Assembly: GCA_964016885.1 (NCBI GenBank) | Contig: OZ024742.1 | Span: 180,482,001 to 180,546,000 of the forward strand | Reading direction: 5' to 3' | Length of the DNA: 64,000 nucleotides | Source of the DNA: Eledone cirrhosa | Lineage: Eukaryota | Shown here: positions 1 to 13,615 of the stretch, one piece after another | Position numbering within the stretch: the first letter of the stretch is position 1 | How the letters are laid out: each line of letters starts with the position of its first letter | Translations under genes and position numbers: made by a program | Notes under the pieces: model-generated | Database searches by the model: none | Told to the model about the DNA's origin: nothing | Seen by the model: only the letters and a program-made list of their open reading frames with translations

Positions 1-16
1 AAAATCTGCAAATGGC

Positions 17-2173
17 TTGCGTAAGCTCATGCAGCGCTCACGTAATGGAGAGATAGCATGCTTTCCAACAGACAAGTCTGGCAGAATGTCGGTTGACAGC
101 CTGCCAAACTACATCCAGGCAATGCAACCCCACATCACTAACACAAGAGAGGTAACACCACAGGAGCATGAGGATAGAGAAAAAACCCTCAATGCCCATA
201 TGGTGATGTGGACGAATATAATGCAGCCCAACAAAAGGACTGCCAACAAATTCCAGGCCTGGAACAATGACGTGCCGGCGTTGTATGGGCTTCGAAAAGA
301 CCATAAAACGGGCTGTGACCCTGTCGCGGGACCACCAACACGGCCAGTCTGTGGAGCTAACATTGCTAGTAACTACAGACTGTCCTACTTCCTCTCCCAG
401 ATCATACGCCCCATCATTGAGATGTCCCCAGATGTATGTGACAGCACGGAGGACCTCCTCAGCAGAATCGGCGTGAGTAACCGATCTGGGGACCTAACAA
501 ACTGCATAATAGGCAGTATGGATGTTGTGTCCCTGTATCCATCTATTGACGTGGATTTTGCTGTGGAGAAATGCGTAGAAATGATCAGCGAGAGCAAGGT
601 TGAGTTCCGTGGCATTGATACCAGTGAGCTGGGACTTCTACTTAAGCTTACCCATAGTAATAGTTACCTAGACACTTATGACCTTAGCAACCTGTGCCCT
701 ACAAGACCAGCAAGAGGCAGACCACCTACCATTACCTCAATGGCCAAGAAAACCCACACATATAGATGGAACGGGTGGACCAGAGCCATACGGACACCCG
801 AAAACCACGATGAACTGAAGAAAATGATTGCACATGCGGTAGGGGCCAGCATAAAATTAACCCTTAAGGAACATATGTTCAAATTTAATGGTAAAACATA
901 TGCCCAAGAGGAAGGAGCAGCCATTGGTGTTAGCATTGCAGGCGGCATAGCTAACTTATTCATGGTATGGTGGGACAGTAGACTTAAACAAAAGCTTAAA
1001 GAACAATTAGAAGACAGCTTAACCCTGATAATGTACTCCCGCTACGTAGATGATATAAACATCGTAGTTAAGACACCCCCACTAAAGAACAGTCAGGAAC
1101 TAGAGAAAAACACAATGGAAAGCATCCAGCAAATAGCAAACTCCATCCACCAGAGCATTAGAGTTACTATAGACTACCCAAGTAGACACCCCAACCATCG
1201 ATTACCTGTACTAGACACAGAGCTCTGGTTAGATACCATTAACAACCACAAACAAATCCTCCATTCCCATTACGCCAAACCCATGACTTCCAAACATCTG
1301 ATCCACCGAAACTCGGCCATTTCTGACCATACCAAAATCAACATACTGATTGCGGATGTGGTACGGGCGATGAGAAATGTGTCCCGCATGTGCAACCCCG
1401 AAGAACTAGAGAGACACATACAACACTTCATCCACCGTATGCAGTTCTCTGGCTACAATCAGAGAGATAGAAACAGAGTTTATAGAGGAGCCAGAACCAA
1501 ATGGGAAAAAATGGTAAATAATGACATAAATGGGACCTGCCCCTTGTATAGGAGCAAATTTTGGAATAGAATAGAAAGAACTAGGAACAAGGCCAATAGA
1601 ATAAACTCATGGTATGATAGCAATAAATACCAGAGTGTAATGTTCATCAATACAACCCCTAGAGGCGAACTAGCCTACAAATTTAGAAGGGCCCTAAATA
1701 AACATAAACTCAATAATAAGATAGTAGAATGACCAGGTACCTCCGTAAAAACACTTATTAGCAAGACATACCCGTTCCAAATACCCTCATGTATAGATAA
1801 GAAATGTATAACCTGTAAAATAAGCCCCCATATTAACTGTAAAACTAGAGATGTAGTGTATAGCATAAGATGTACTGAAGGACAATGTAGAAACAAAAAT
1901 ATAGTGTACATAGGTGAGACAGCTCGTAGTATAGGGGAACGAATAAATGAACACTGGTGAGACCTTCAAGATAATAAAGAATCATCTGTGCTCTACCAAC
2001 ATGCTAAGATAGAGCACAAGGGTAAATTAGAGAACATAGAAATAAAAATAGAATCCACACACAGAAAAGATGCAATGTTTAGGCAAATTACAGAGGCAGT
2101 AAGCATAAAAGAATTACAACCAAAATTAAATAGAAAATATGAGTGGAACAGCAACATCACAACTTACAATTAA
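17..2173 (+). pseudogene. PLE RT-GIY-YIG ORF interrupted by in-frame TGA stops (1730 and ~1958)
   Basis: The paralogous ORF 38854..39912 reads through both positions as Arg codons (KVKRPGT, EHWRDL). Confidence 0.85.
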
Positions 2174-2393
2174 GGACAACATGAAAACACACACACACAT
2201 AGAACAAACAACCAACCAACAACATGTAAATAAATAAATAAATAAATAAATAAACAAATAGATAAATGAACACAAACACACACAGACACCCGGATGTGGC
2301 GAATGCGCAAACTGAGCACACAACACACACACAGAAACAAAATGGCGTAGGACAGAAGAAAGGAAAGGCACAGAAACAAAGTAAGGAATCCCC

Positions 2394-2438
2394 AGTCACT
2401 GAAGAGGTCACAGAGTGTGTGACGAAAGGACTATGACT
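2394..2438 (+). ncRNA. Minimal type-I hammerhead ribozyme (family A pLTR)
   Basis: agtca-CTGAAGA-g-gtcaca/gagtg/tgtgac-GAAA-ggac-TA-tgact: stem I agtca/tgact, 6-bp stem II, very short stem III, CUA cleavage triplet. Confidence 0.8.
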
Positions 2439-2658
2439 ATATATAAACAGCTATCTGGTTGTGGAACCAACCAACCAACCAGAAATTTATAGGTTTGTAG
2501 ATTTGTAAATTTATAAATTTATAAATATATAATAAATTGAAGTGAAACATTTGGTGCGTGTGTTTCTTATTGGCAACATGACCCTCCCAAAGTATAACAA
2601 TATCGGTTTCAACACACGATTTCAGATAAAGAATCTTGCTAAACAAATTCAGAAATGA

Positions 2659-2724
2659 TATATATATATATATATGTGTGTGTATATACATATATATATA
2701 TGTGTATATACATATATATATATA

Positions 2725-2802
<78 letters not shown>

Positions 2803-3003
2803 CATGTGTGTATATATATATATATGTGTATATATATATATATATATATGTGTGTTATATATATATATATGTGTATATATATATGTGTATATATATATAT
2901 ATATATCTATATATATATAAATATATATATATATATGTTTATATATATATATGTATATATATATGTATATATGTATATATATATATGTATATATGTATGT
3001 ATG

Positions 3004-3042
<39 letters not shown>

Positions 3043-3205
3043 GTGTGTGTATATATATATGTATGTATATATATATATATGTATATATATATATGTATAT
3101 ATGTATGTATATATGTATGTATGTATATATGTATATATATATATGTATGTATATATATATGTATATATATATATGTATGTATATATATATATGTATATAT
3201 ATATG

Positions 3206-3246
<41 letters not shown>

Positions 3247-3267
3247 ATATATATGTATATATATATG

Positions 3268-3312
<45 letters not shown>

Positions 3313-3397
3313 GGATGTATATATATATATATATATATATATGGATGTATATATATATATATATATAAATATATATATATGTATATATATATGTATG

Positions 3398-3442
<45 letters not shown>

Positions 3443-3525
3443 GTATGTATATATATATATATGTATATATATATGTATGTATATATATATATATATATAT
3501 GGATGTATATATATATATATATATG

Positions 3526-3592
<67 letters not shown>

Positions 3593-3645
3593 GTATATAT
3601 ATATATGTGTATATATGTATGTATATATATGTATAGAAATATATG

Positions 3646-3680
<35 letters not shown>

Positions 3681-3959
3681 GCATATATATATATATGTAT
3701 ATATATATATGTATATATATATATATGTATATATATATGTATATATATATATGTATATATATTTATATATATGTATGTATATATATATATATGTATATAT
3801 ATATATGGATGTATATATATATATATATATAAATATATATATATATGTATATATATATGTATGTATATATATATATGTATACATATATATATATGTATAT
3901 ATATATGTATGTATATATATATATATGTATATATATATGTATGTATACATATATATATG

Positions 3960-4048
<89 letters not shown>

Positions 4049-4104
4049 GTATATGTATATATATATATATGTGTATATATATATATATGTATATATATAT
4101 GTAA

Positions 4105-4147
<43 letters not shown>

Positions 4148-4161
4148 CATATATATATAAG

Positions 4162-4203
<42 letters not shown>

Positions 4204-4294
4204 TATATATATATATATATGTATATATATGTATGTATATATATATATGTATATATATATATACATATATATATATATACATATATATATATAC

Positions 4295-4336
<42 letters not shown>

Positions 4337-4370
4337 ATACATACATATATACACATATATATATATATAC

Positions 4371-4415
<45 letters not shown>

Positions 4416-4440
4416 CATATATATATATGTATATATGTAT
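2659..4440. repeat. (TA)n/(TATG)n microsatellite tract
   Basis: Direct reading. Confidence 0.98.
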
Positions 4441-4691
4441 AAACGGAAAAATGAAACGAAATTTCATTTCCCACTCTTAGTACGGCTGTTACTTAAATAT
4501 ATATATATGTACACGTACATACATATATGCATACAGACGTACAGTAGTATGTGCACACATATATAAATGCACGTATAGATCCACCGAACATTTATTATAA
4601 TGCTCGGTGTGTTTGTAAACAAAAATCCCGTATTAAGCCGTAGTGTCTAGCAACCATCGTTGCTCGTTTGTTAAACACTGACAAAGGAACC

Positions 4692-4728
4692 CTGTACTAG
4701 CTTCAGGCTTATTAGCTATCGTCAGCAA
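4692..4728 (-). ncRNA. Degenerate minimal hammerhead (GAAA>GAAG)
   Basis: Reverse complement: tg-CTGACGA-tagct aata agcct-GAAG-ctag-TA-ca. Confidence 0.55.
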
Positions 4729-5111
4729 CGTATACCTTCCTTCCAGATTGTTGAACGTATATACTTACCTTATGCATATTAACGGCTGGGTAGCCAAATT
4801 TGCATATCGAGTGGGTTAACCGGCCGGGTCCACCGAAAACGATAAACGGGAAAAAATGAAACGAAATTTCCTTTCCCACTCTTAGTACGGCTGTTACTTA
4901 AATATAATATGTACACGTACATACATATATGTATACAGACGTACAGTAGTATGTATATATATATACATACATGCACACATATATATATGCACGTATGGAT
5001 CCACCGAACATTTATTATAATGCTCGGTGTGTTTGTAAACAAACATCCCGTATTAAGCCGTAGTGTCTAGTAACCATCGTTGCTCGTTTGTTCAACACTG
5101 ACAAAGGAGCG

Positions 5112-5148
5112 CTGTACTAGTTTTAAGCTTATTAGCTATCGTCAGCAA
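5112..5148 (-). ncRNA. Degenerate minimal hammerhead (GAAA>AAAA)
   Basis: Reverse complement: tg-CTGACGA-tagct aata agctt-AAAA-ctag-TA-ca. Confidence 0.55.
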
Positions 5149-5249
5149 CGTATACCTTCTTGCCAGATTGTTGAACGTATATACTTACCTTTTGCATATT
5201 AACGGCTGATTAGCCCAATTTGCATATCAAGTGGGTTAATCGGTATATT

Positions 5250-5471
5250 AACATATGTATATATATATGTATATATATATATATGTATATATGTGTATAT
5301 ATATGTATATATGTATATATATATATAACTATATATGTACATATATATAATTATATATGTATATATATATATGTATATATATATATGTATGTATATATAT
5401 GTATATATATATGTATGTATATATATATATATGTATGTATATATATATGTATGTATATATATATATGTATA

Positions 5472-5512
<41 letters not shown>

Positions 5513-5725
5513 GTATATAAATATATATATATATATTTATATGTATATATATATATATGCATGTATATATATATATGTATATATATGTATATATATATAT
5601 GTATGTATATATATGTATATATATATATGTATATATATGTATATGTATGTATATATATATGTATATATATATATGTATATGTGTGTATATATATATATGT
5701 ATATATATATATGTAAATATATATG

Positions 5726-5760
<35 letters not shown>

Positions 5761-5903
5761 GTATATATGTATATTTATATATATGTATATATATATATGT
5801 ACATATATATGTATGTATATATATATATATACACACATATAAAAAGCAGGTTATATATATGTATATATGTATATATGTATATATATATATATATGTATAT
5901 ATA
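5250..5903. repeat. (TA)n-type microsatellite
   Basis: Direct reading. Confidence 0.97.
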
Positions 5904-6174
5904 TCATAAAACATGTTTATAGAATCACCAGATTAAATATATACCATTTCCTCTCCCAATTAGCATAATTAACTATATAAAAAATCGAATAGACCAGGCT
6001 ATAAGAATAAGTCTTCTATGAAGAAATCTCCAACAAATAACCGAAACTAGCGCTTCGCGTCGGCCGCGACGGAATATTTATCGAATATTTCGACAGCGTA
6101 ATCGCCCAGATACAGTCAATTAAACAGAATTAGGTGTAAGATAAACTAGGAGAAAATAGAATACATTTATTTAC

Positions 6175-6247
6175 CTCTACCATGGTTTCGTCCGCATTTT
6201 GAGATTTCCAGTAACTTTGGAAACTCGAGCATCGGACTCTTCAGGAG
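6175..6247 (-). ncRNA. Type-I hammerhead with extended stem II and palindromic stem III
   Basis: Reverse complement: ctc-CTGAAGA-gtccg...tttcca aagttac tggaaa...cggac-GAAA-ccatgg-TA-gag (GUA site). Confidence 0.8.
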
Positions 6248-6449
6248 TTTTGCTCTAATCTAGACATTAAATTTTCCAAAGTGATCGCGCCAAGAATTCA
6301 TTCAAAAATGGCTAAGAATCGTGACGTAGCAGCGGTGTGGTTGGAAGGAACGTGTTAGTTGCTTACGGCTGGTGGCTTTTTGCTAGAAAGCACAGCACAA
6401 CACAGCCAAATTTGTATCTCAACCTAATGTGAGATTATTACATATAAAG

Positions 6450-6536
<87 letters not shown>

Positions 6537-6885
6537 CATACATATACGTGTTTTGCAACGTGTCACTTTGTGGCTCAATGAAAAGTTAATAAATTAAATA
6601 ATCAGAGCTATATATCATAAAAAAAGGCTATAGAATCACCAGATAAAATATATACCATTTCCTCTCCCAATTAGCATAATTAACTATATAAAAAATCGAA
6701 TAGACCAGGCTATAAGAATTAGGCTTCTATGAAGCAATCTCCAACAAATAACCGAAACTAGCCCTTCGCGTCGGCCGCGACGGAATATTTATCGAATATT
6801 TCGACAGCGTAATCGCCCAGATACAGTCAATTAAACAGAATTAGGTGTAAAATAAACTAGGAGAAAATAGAATACATTTATTTAC

Positions 6886-6958
6886 CTCTACCATGGTTTC
6901 GTCCTCATTTTGAGATTTCCAGTAACTTTGGAAACTCGAGCATCGGACGCTTCAGGAG
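6886..6958 (-). ncRNA. Second copy of the same HHR with a mutated core (CTGAAGC)
   Basis: Same architecture as 6175-6247 with one core substitution. Confidence 0.6.
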
Positions 6959-7059
6959 TTTTGCTCTAATCTAGACATTAAATTTTCCAAAGTGATCGCG
7001 CCAAGATGGTGATTCTATAGTCATGTTTTATGATATAAACCTTTATATGTATATACATG

Positions 7060-10000
7060 TATATGTATATAACTTTGAATAACTTTGAAATGTTTTGGCC
7101 AGTATTGGCCCAGGCCATGTCTAACTTAATGGCACCAGCTGGCGAAGTCTTTCAATTCAGGATTTGGGCACCATGGCCCATTCGAGAAGGGAATTACTGT
7201 TTGCGGAGACATATCCGGGTGTGGGTGGTTTATCCGGGATTACATGGAGGAATTTGTCCAAAGACTTCTTGAATTTTGTGTGGTCAGTTTCTGTTTTGAC
7301 GTGTCCTGGTGTGATGTTGAAGAGAGCAGGGCCAATTGAGGTGAAATAATTGTGCCGTATTGTTGTTATGAGTTGCGATTTAGATTTTTGTTTGGGACGG
7401 ATAGTACGGGGCCCAAGCCTTGGGTGTATTTTGAAGCTGATGCCAACATCATTTGGGCAGTGCTGATGAAACATTTCCCACATCATGCAGATAATATAAC
7501 GCTCACGGCGACGTTGGAGTGAGTAAAGTTTCAGCTTTTCCAGTCGACCCCAGTAGTCAAGGTATGACATGCCATATATCTTTTTCGTGATTGCCCTTTG
7601 GGGAGCTTCAAGTTTCATGATACTTTGTTTCGTGTGGGGAGACCACAGTGGACAACAGTATTCAAGGTGTGGTCGGGCAAAAGTGGAGAAGAGAAGGATA
7701 ATTGTGTGGGAATCTCTCGACTGGAAGGTTCTGAGGATCCAGGAACACATTCTGCGGTCCATGTCAACTTTGCTGTTTATATGCGTGGCCCAGCTTATGT
7801 TGCTGTCCACGGTTACTCCCAAGTCTCTGATGATGTTAGATGCCACGAGAGTTTCACCGGAGGGAAGGGAGTACGGGAGTTTCAGAGCATCCTCTTTTCC
7901 GAAGTGGATCAGTTCGAATTTGTCTTCGTTCAGTAACATGTTGTTCTTTTCCGCCCATTGGGTAACAGCCAGTAGGACTGACTGAAGGCTTATCCGGTCA
8001 TCCACGCCATTGATGACCTTTTGGAGCTTGGAATCATCAGCGAAAATTCTAATGTTGCTGTGTTTGATGATGTCAGTGATGTCATTAATATAGATGATGA
8101 AGAGAAGTGGGCCCAACACAGTGCCTTGTGGGACCCCACTACTGACTTTGGCTGGGCTGGATTTAACTCCTTCGACTACAACATGTTGGGTTCTGTTTGA
8201 CAGGAAGCTCTTGATCTGCAGCAGCTTTCCAGTGATACCAATATTGGACAGCTTTCTCAGTAGAATGTTGTGATCAAACCTGTCAAAGGCCTTGCTGAAA
8301 TCACGGTAGATAACATCAGTGCTGGAACCCTCTCCCAAGGCTCTCAAAATGTCATCAAAGTGATGCAGTAGCTGCGTCAGGCAATCCCTTCCATTACGGA
8401 ATCCATGCTGGTTGGAGTTCAGCGTATTGTTACTCTCAATGAAGTGAGTCATTCGCAATCTCACCACTCTCTCAAATACCTTAATGATATGAGAGGTGAG
8501 TGAGATTGGACGGTAATTCACGGCAAGGGATTTGTTTCCTTTTTTGAAAACTGGGACAACAGACTGGGATAGAAGGTTTTCTGGCACATATCCAGCATCC
8601 AGTGAGTTCCGCCACAGATTGGCAAGAGGAGATGCAAGTTGGTCTTGACACGCCTTCAAGACACAAGCAGGGAACCTATCGGGACCTACTGCTGAATTAT
8701 GCTTGATTTCCTTTATTGCCGCTAAGACATCAGGGGCGCCAAACGTTATATCCGATAAGGTGTAATGGGGAGTAACATCGCCGATACAGCCCAGATCGGC
8801 CATATCAGGATTGCTGAAAACAGAGCAGTATTGTTTCTGCAGTATCTCATCCATGGTTTTAGCATTGTCTTGAAGAGTGCCATTTTCATCAATTCGAAGG
8901 CCAACAGTAGAGCCAGTGATTTTGTGTTTTATTTGCAAATGAAAAGAACACATTGGGATTGAGTTTGATCTTCTCAATGGCACATACCTCTTCAGCTCTT
9001 CTCTGATTGTTGATGATAGACATCATATTGTTTTGGAGGTTATGTTTTTTTAATCTCGAGTGATGAAATGGCAGTCAAGTTGATGTGTTGCTGCTGACAG
9101 TATTTCAGCTTGTTGATTTTTTTGTTAGTTCTCTTAATTTTCCTGATGAGCGTTTTTCTATTTCTAGGGATTCTGCTCTTAGATTTGTTTATAGGTCTTA
9201 ATGGGGTGTGTTTTGCACATATTTTTGTAACAGTGTCCACAAATGTCTGCCAGGACTTTTTGATGTTAGTGGGTGTGTGAGTGTGCGTGAAGGACCAGTC
9301 GACTTCTGCAAGATCATGATTGATCGCTTCCCAGTTTGCATTGTGGAAATCCATAGCGTCAAACGGATGGACAGGAGAGATGGCATTGGGTTTGTATATT
9401 GGACGGTGGAATCTATAGAGCCCAACTACTATTAGGTTGTTGGTTTGACTGAATACAGTGACTGCTTTGCAGTATCCATTAGTAAATATGTTCATAGCCT
9501 CTGTTGAGAAAGAATTATGGACATAAATGGCAGTCCCACCCTTTCTTCTGCCAGCGCGATCAGCACGGATGGCTTTGAAATTTTTCACTTTCACCTCGGC
9601 TTCCAAGTGGAGGTTACTGAGATGGGTTTCAGTGAGGACGAAGAAAGGGATGTGGTTTGGATGGACATCAACCCAGTCCTCCAGGAATTTGATCTTCCAT
9701 TTTTGAGTATTGGTGGAAGGGCTGATGCCTTGGGCGTTAAGCAAAAATGTTGAGGCGAGAGTGGATGGTTTTAATTGTTTTGGTGTGTTGTTAATTTGTT
9801 TGTTTGTTAATGGCAGCAATGGGAGTTTGTGCAGTAGGGTGATAGTTGAGGGAGGTGCTGGGTGATAGCTCGAAATGTTTTTTTCCAGTTCTTTTGCCAG
9901 ATTGATTATTGCTAAAAAAGAGGAAGAAGTTTCCTGTTTAGGAGACTGTTGGTGACTGTGGTAGAGGTTATTTTTATGTAGGTTATAGTTTTTTGTTTTT

Positions 10001-10130
10001 GCTGTTATTTATATTTTTATTTTCATTTGTCCGACGGATCCCCGGGAGATGGGTAAAGGGACAATCCAGTGTGTAAACACAATCTGTCTCGCAGGGAAAA
10101 GCGGCAGATTTGTGGATTCCTTGTTTGAGG
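7060..10130 (-). mobile_element. CR1/L2-group LINE, degenerate and 5'-truncated (ORF1 end, APE endonuclease, RT)
   Basis: 9040..9819 has APE motifs (LLNAQG, LTETHL, RADRAGRRKGGTAIYV). 7157..8983 has RT ([23 protein letters not shown]). Tail repeat TTCAAAGTTA abuts TA. A Cys/His motif (C..CPFTHLPG) near 10030-10110 is a likely ORF1 remnant. Confidence 0.9.
7157..8983 (-). pseudogene. LINE ORF2 RT domain, separated from the APE part by a frameshift or deletion
   Basis: Canonical non-LTR RT motifs; the upstream APE fragment is in a separate ORF. Confidence 0.85.
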
Positions 10131-10378
10131 TATATATATATATATGGATATATATATATGTATATATTTATACATATGTATATATATATATGTATATATA
10201 TATACATATATATATATGTATATATATGTATATATATATATACATATATATGTATATATATGTATATATATATACATACATATATATATATATGTATATA
10301 TATATACATATATATATATATGTATATATATGTATATATATATACATATATAAATGTATATATATGTATATATATATG

Positions 10379-10409
<31 letters not shown>

Positions 10410-10420
10410 GTATATGTATG

Positions 10421-10462
<42 letters not shown>

Positions 10463-10548
10463 TGTATATATATATGTATATATATGTATATATATATACA
10501 TATGTGTATCTATATATACATATATATATATATGTGTATATATATATG

Positions 10549-10580
<32 letters not shown>

Positions 10581-10583
<3 letters not shown>

Positions 10584-11595
10584 TGTTATACTTTGGGAGG
10601 GTCATATTGCCAATAAGAAACATACGCACCAGTTGCTTTCACTTCAATTTATTATATATTTATAAATTTACAAATCTACAAAAAACAAATTTATAAAAAA
10701 CACTTATTAGCAAGTCATACGCGTTCCAAAGACCCTCATGTATAGATAAGAATTGTATAACCTGTAAAATAAGCCCCCATATTAACTGTAAAACTAGAAA
10801 TGTAGTGTATAGCATAAGATGTACTGAAGGACAATGTAGAAACAAAAATATAGTGTACATAGGTGAGACAGCTCGTAGTATAGTGGAGCGGATAAATGAA
10901 CACTGGCGAGACCTTCAAGATAATAAAGAATCATCTGTACTCTACCAACATGCTGAGATAGAACACAAGGGTAAATTAGAGAACATAGAAATAAAAATAG
11001 AAGCTACACACAGAAAAGATGCAATGTTTAGATAAATTACAGAGGCAGTAAACATAAAAGAATTACAACCAAAATTAAATAGAAAATATGAGTGGAACAG
11101 CAACATCACAACTTACAATTAAGGACAAAATGAAAACACACACGCACATAGAACAAACAACCAACCAACAACATGTAAATAAATAAACAAATAGATAAAT
11201 GAACACAAACACACACAGACACCCGGATGTGGCGCATGTGCAAACTGAGCACACAACACACACACAGAAACAAAATGGCGTAGGACAGAAGAAAGGAAAG
11301 GCACAGAAACAAAGAAAGGAATCCCCAGTCACTGAAGAGGTCACAGAGTGTGTGACGAAAGGACTATGACTATATATAAACAACTATCTGGTTGTGGAAC
11401 CAACCAACCAACCAGAAATTTATAAATTTGTAGATTTGTAAATTTATAAATTTATAAATATATAATAAATTGAAGTGAAAGCAACTGGTGCGTGTGTTTC
11501 TTATTGGCAACATGACCCTCCCAAAGTATAACAATATCGGTTTCAACACACGATTTCAGATAATGAATCTTGCTAAACAAATTCAGAAACGAAAT
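10581..11595 (+). mobile_element. 5'-truncated family A PLE (GIY-YIG + pLTR) preceded by an inverted ~115-bp copy of its own 3' end
   Basis: 10695-11595 matches 1745-2658. 10581-10695 is the reverse complement of ~11420-11535. Confidence 0.9.
11327..11371 (+). ncRNA. Family A hammerhead
   Basis: Identical to 2394-2438. Confidence 0.8.
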
Positions 11596-11614
11596 ATATA
11601 TATATACATATGTA

Positions 11615-11681
<67 letters not shown>

Positions 11682-11802
11682 ATATATATATGTATATATA
11701 TATGTATATATGTATATATATATGTATGTATATATGTATATATATATGTATGTATATATATATATATGTATATATGTATGTATATATATATATATGTATA
11801 TA

Positions 11803-11854
<52 letters not shown>

Positions 11855-11920
11855 TATATACATATATATATATGTATATATATATGTATATATATGTATA
11901 TATATATATATATGTATGTG

Positions 11921-11969
<49 letters not shown>

Positions 11970-12249
11970 TATATATTTTCCTTATCGAGCCTTCTTTGGA
12001 TTTTAGTCTTCAATTTTATTATTATTACTATATGTATATATATGTGTATATATATACATATATGTATATATATATATATGTATATATATTTATATATATG
12101 TCTATATATATATATATATATGGTTATACATATATATGTATATATATATATATATATATATGTAAATATATATATGTATATATATATATATATATGTGTG
12201 TATATATATATGTATATATATATATATATGTTTATATATATATATATAC

Positions 12250-13575
12250 AAGCCCGCCATCCCTAACAGTGCCAAAAGAGGATACATCACGAACGAGATC
12301 GTTCGACTCAAAAACAGATGCAGCGATCCCGCGAGTGGTGTCACTCATACCAAGCGATTCCTCGAGGTGCTGGAGACGAACAGGTACCCTACCTCGATCA
12401 CAGACAGAATAGGAGACACCAGACGCAAGAGACAGAGAGGCACCCAAGGCAAGTGCTTCCTTAAAATGCCACACCTGGGCGAGAATACCACCAACGCTAT
12501 CCGAAAGGCTATACGGAGGGAGGGCCTCGACATCCACCTGGCCCACTCGGGCCCCTCCCTGCGAAGATGCCTCTCCAGGAAACCCGGGAAATCTACTGAT
12601 GCATGCTCCCTTAGAGACTGCCCGATACGCCATGCGAGCTGTTGCCTACGCACATACGTCGTGTATAAGATAGAATGTGACAGGTGCAACCAATACTACA
12701 TAGGTAGCACAATCCGACCTTTGCACATCCGGATCAAGGAACACACTAAAACCAGGGCCTCGTCTTTCCGGAAACACAAAGACAAATGCGGAAACAAAGA
12801 CGGAAGGCCCATTATCACAATTCTAGCGACTGAAAGAAACGTCGGCACGTTACGTATCAAGGAAGCGCTTTTTATCAAACGCTTGCAACCACAAATAAAC
12901 AACCGATCAGAGAGGAGCGAAATGAGATGGCTGGTTTAAGCTAACAAACGATGCAGCAACACACGCACACACACACACAAACGAGACAACTACACAGACA
13001 CACACACACACACACAGTAGCATTCCACCATACGAACATACTACACTGCCAATACAGAGGAACAAGGCAACAACACACGCACACACAAACACACTCAAGC
13101 GAGACAACAACACACGCACACACACACACAGTAACATTTAACAAACAGGCAGAGAATGGACTGACAGCTAGCGCCACCCCACTGCCTCATTCGGCCGCTG
13201 ATCTCTGCCAGACCGACCCAATTTCACGCGCACGCGCGCTCTTCCGAATACCTCAGATATTCAAAACAACAAACAGCGGAGGACGCGTTTCGCACCTGTC
13301 CGACAGACAACATTTCCCCCACCGGAAAAAACCCCGGTTGATGGATGTGAATCCGAAATATATAAGGACTATTAAATCTCTCACAAGGTAACTCTCTCTC
13401 GTGTTGTTATTTTAATTTTATCCTTTATACTCTTTCCTTCATTCTTCTACACATCTCATACACACCACGCATCTCAACGTACACCCACTTACATCTCTCT
13501 CTCCACCACCGGATCTTGTTACCCGGAGATTTACTCATTTGCATTGTCGAGGCTTGCCAAACAACTTAAAGATAT
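12250..13575 (+). mobile_element. 5'-truncated PLE of a third family (RT thumb + GIY-YIG + CA-rich 3' UTR)
   Basis: ORF to 12939: C..RDCP, VVYKIECDRCNQYYIGSTIRPLHIRIKEH, KEALFIKRLQPQIN. Flanked by (TA)n on both sides. Confidence 0.85.
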
Positions 13576-13576
13576 T

Positions 13577-13614
<38 letters not shown>

Positions 13615-13615
<1 letters not shown>

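Larger units (their letters stand above)
1..2658 (+). mobile_element. Penelope-like retroelement, family A (Neptune-like), cut at the window start; RT + GIY-YIG + 3' pseudo-LTR with HHR
   Basis: ORF 17..1732 has PLE RT motifs (GSMDVVSLYPSI, GAAIGVS, YSRYVDD). Past stops it continues into a Cys-rich linker and GIY-YIG (VVYSIRC..VYIGET..R.NEH) ending at 2173. The 3' UTR ends at a (TA)n tract. Confidence 0.9.
4440..5250 (-). repeat. Tandem dimer of a 420-bp ORF-less unit carrying a minus-strand HHR (retrozyme-like or solo pLTR)
   Basis: Two near-identical units; the matching gtcag lies at 4721 and 5141. A related copy is at ~15465-16000. Confidence 0.8.
5900..7005 (-). repeat. Direct repeat pair (~395 bp; 5900-6294 and 6610-7005) with a minus-strand HHR; PLE pLTR-like
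   Basis: Near-identical blocks 711 bp apart. The second is followed by a short inverted copy of its own start (~7006-7040). Confidence 0.8.

Noticed and set aside
1730-1960. In-frame TGA codons in the PLE ORF as possible selenocysteine or readthrough (known in some PLE clades)
   Set aside because: Paralogous copies have AGA/CGA (Arg) at both sites, so these are ordinary nonsense mutations. No SECIS element was recognised.
4797-4806. Octamer ATTTGCAT in the 420-bp unit as an snRNA-type promoter element
   Set aside because: It is a single short motif with no recognisable PSE or snRNA body, which is insufficient evidence.
13325-13375. HHR candidate in the third PLE family (ttgat-ggat gtga atcc-GAAA-tata-TA)
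   Set aside because: The 3' half and its position before ATTAAA fit, but there is no intact CUGANGA or clear stem I, so it is not called.
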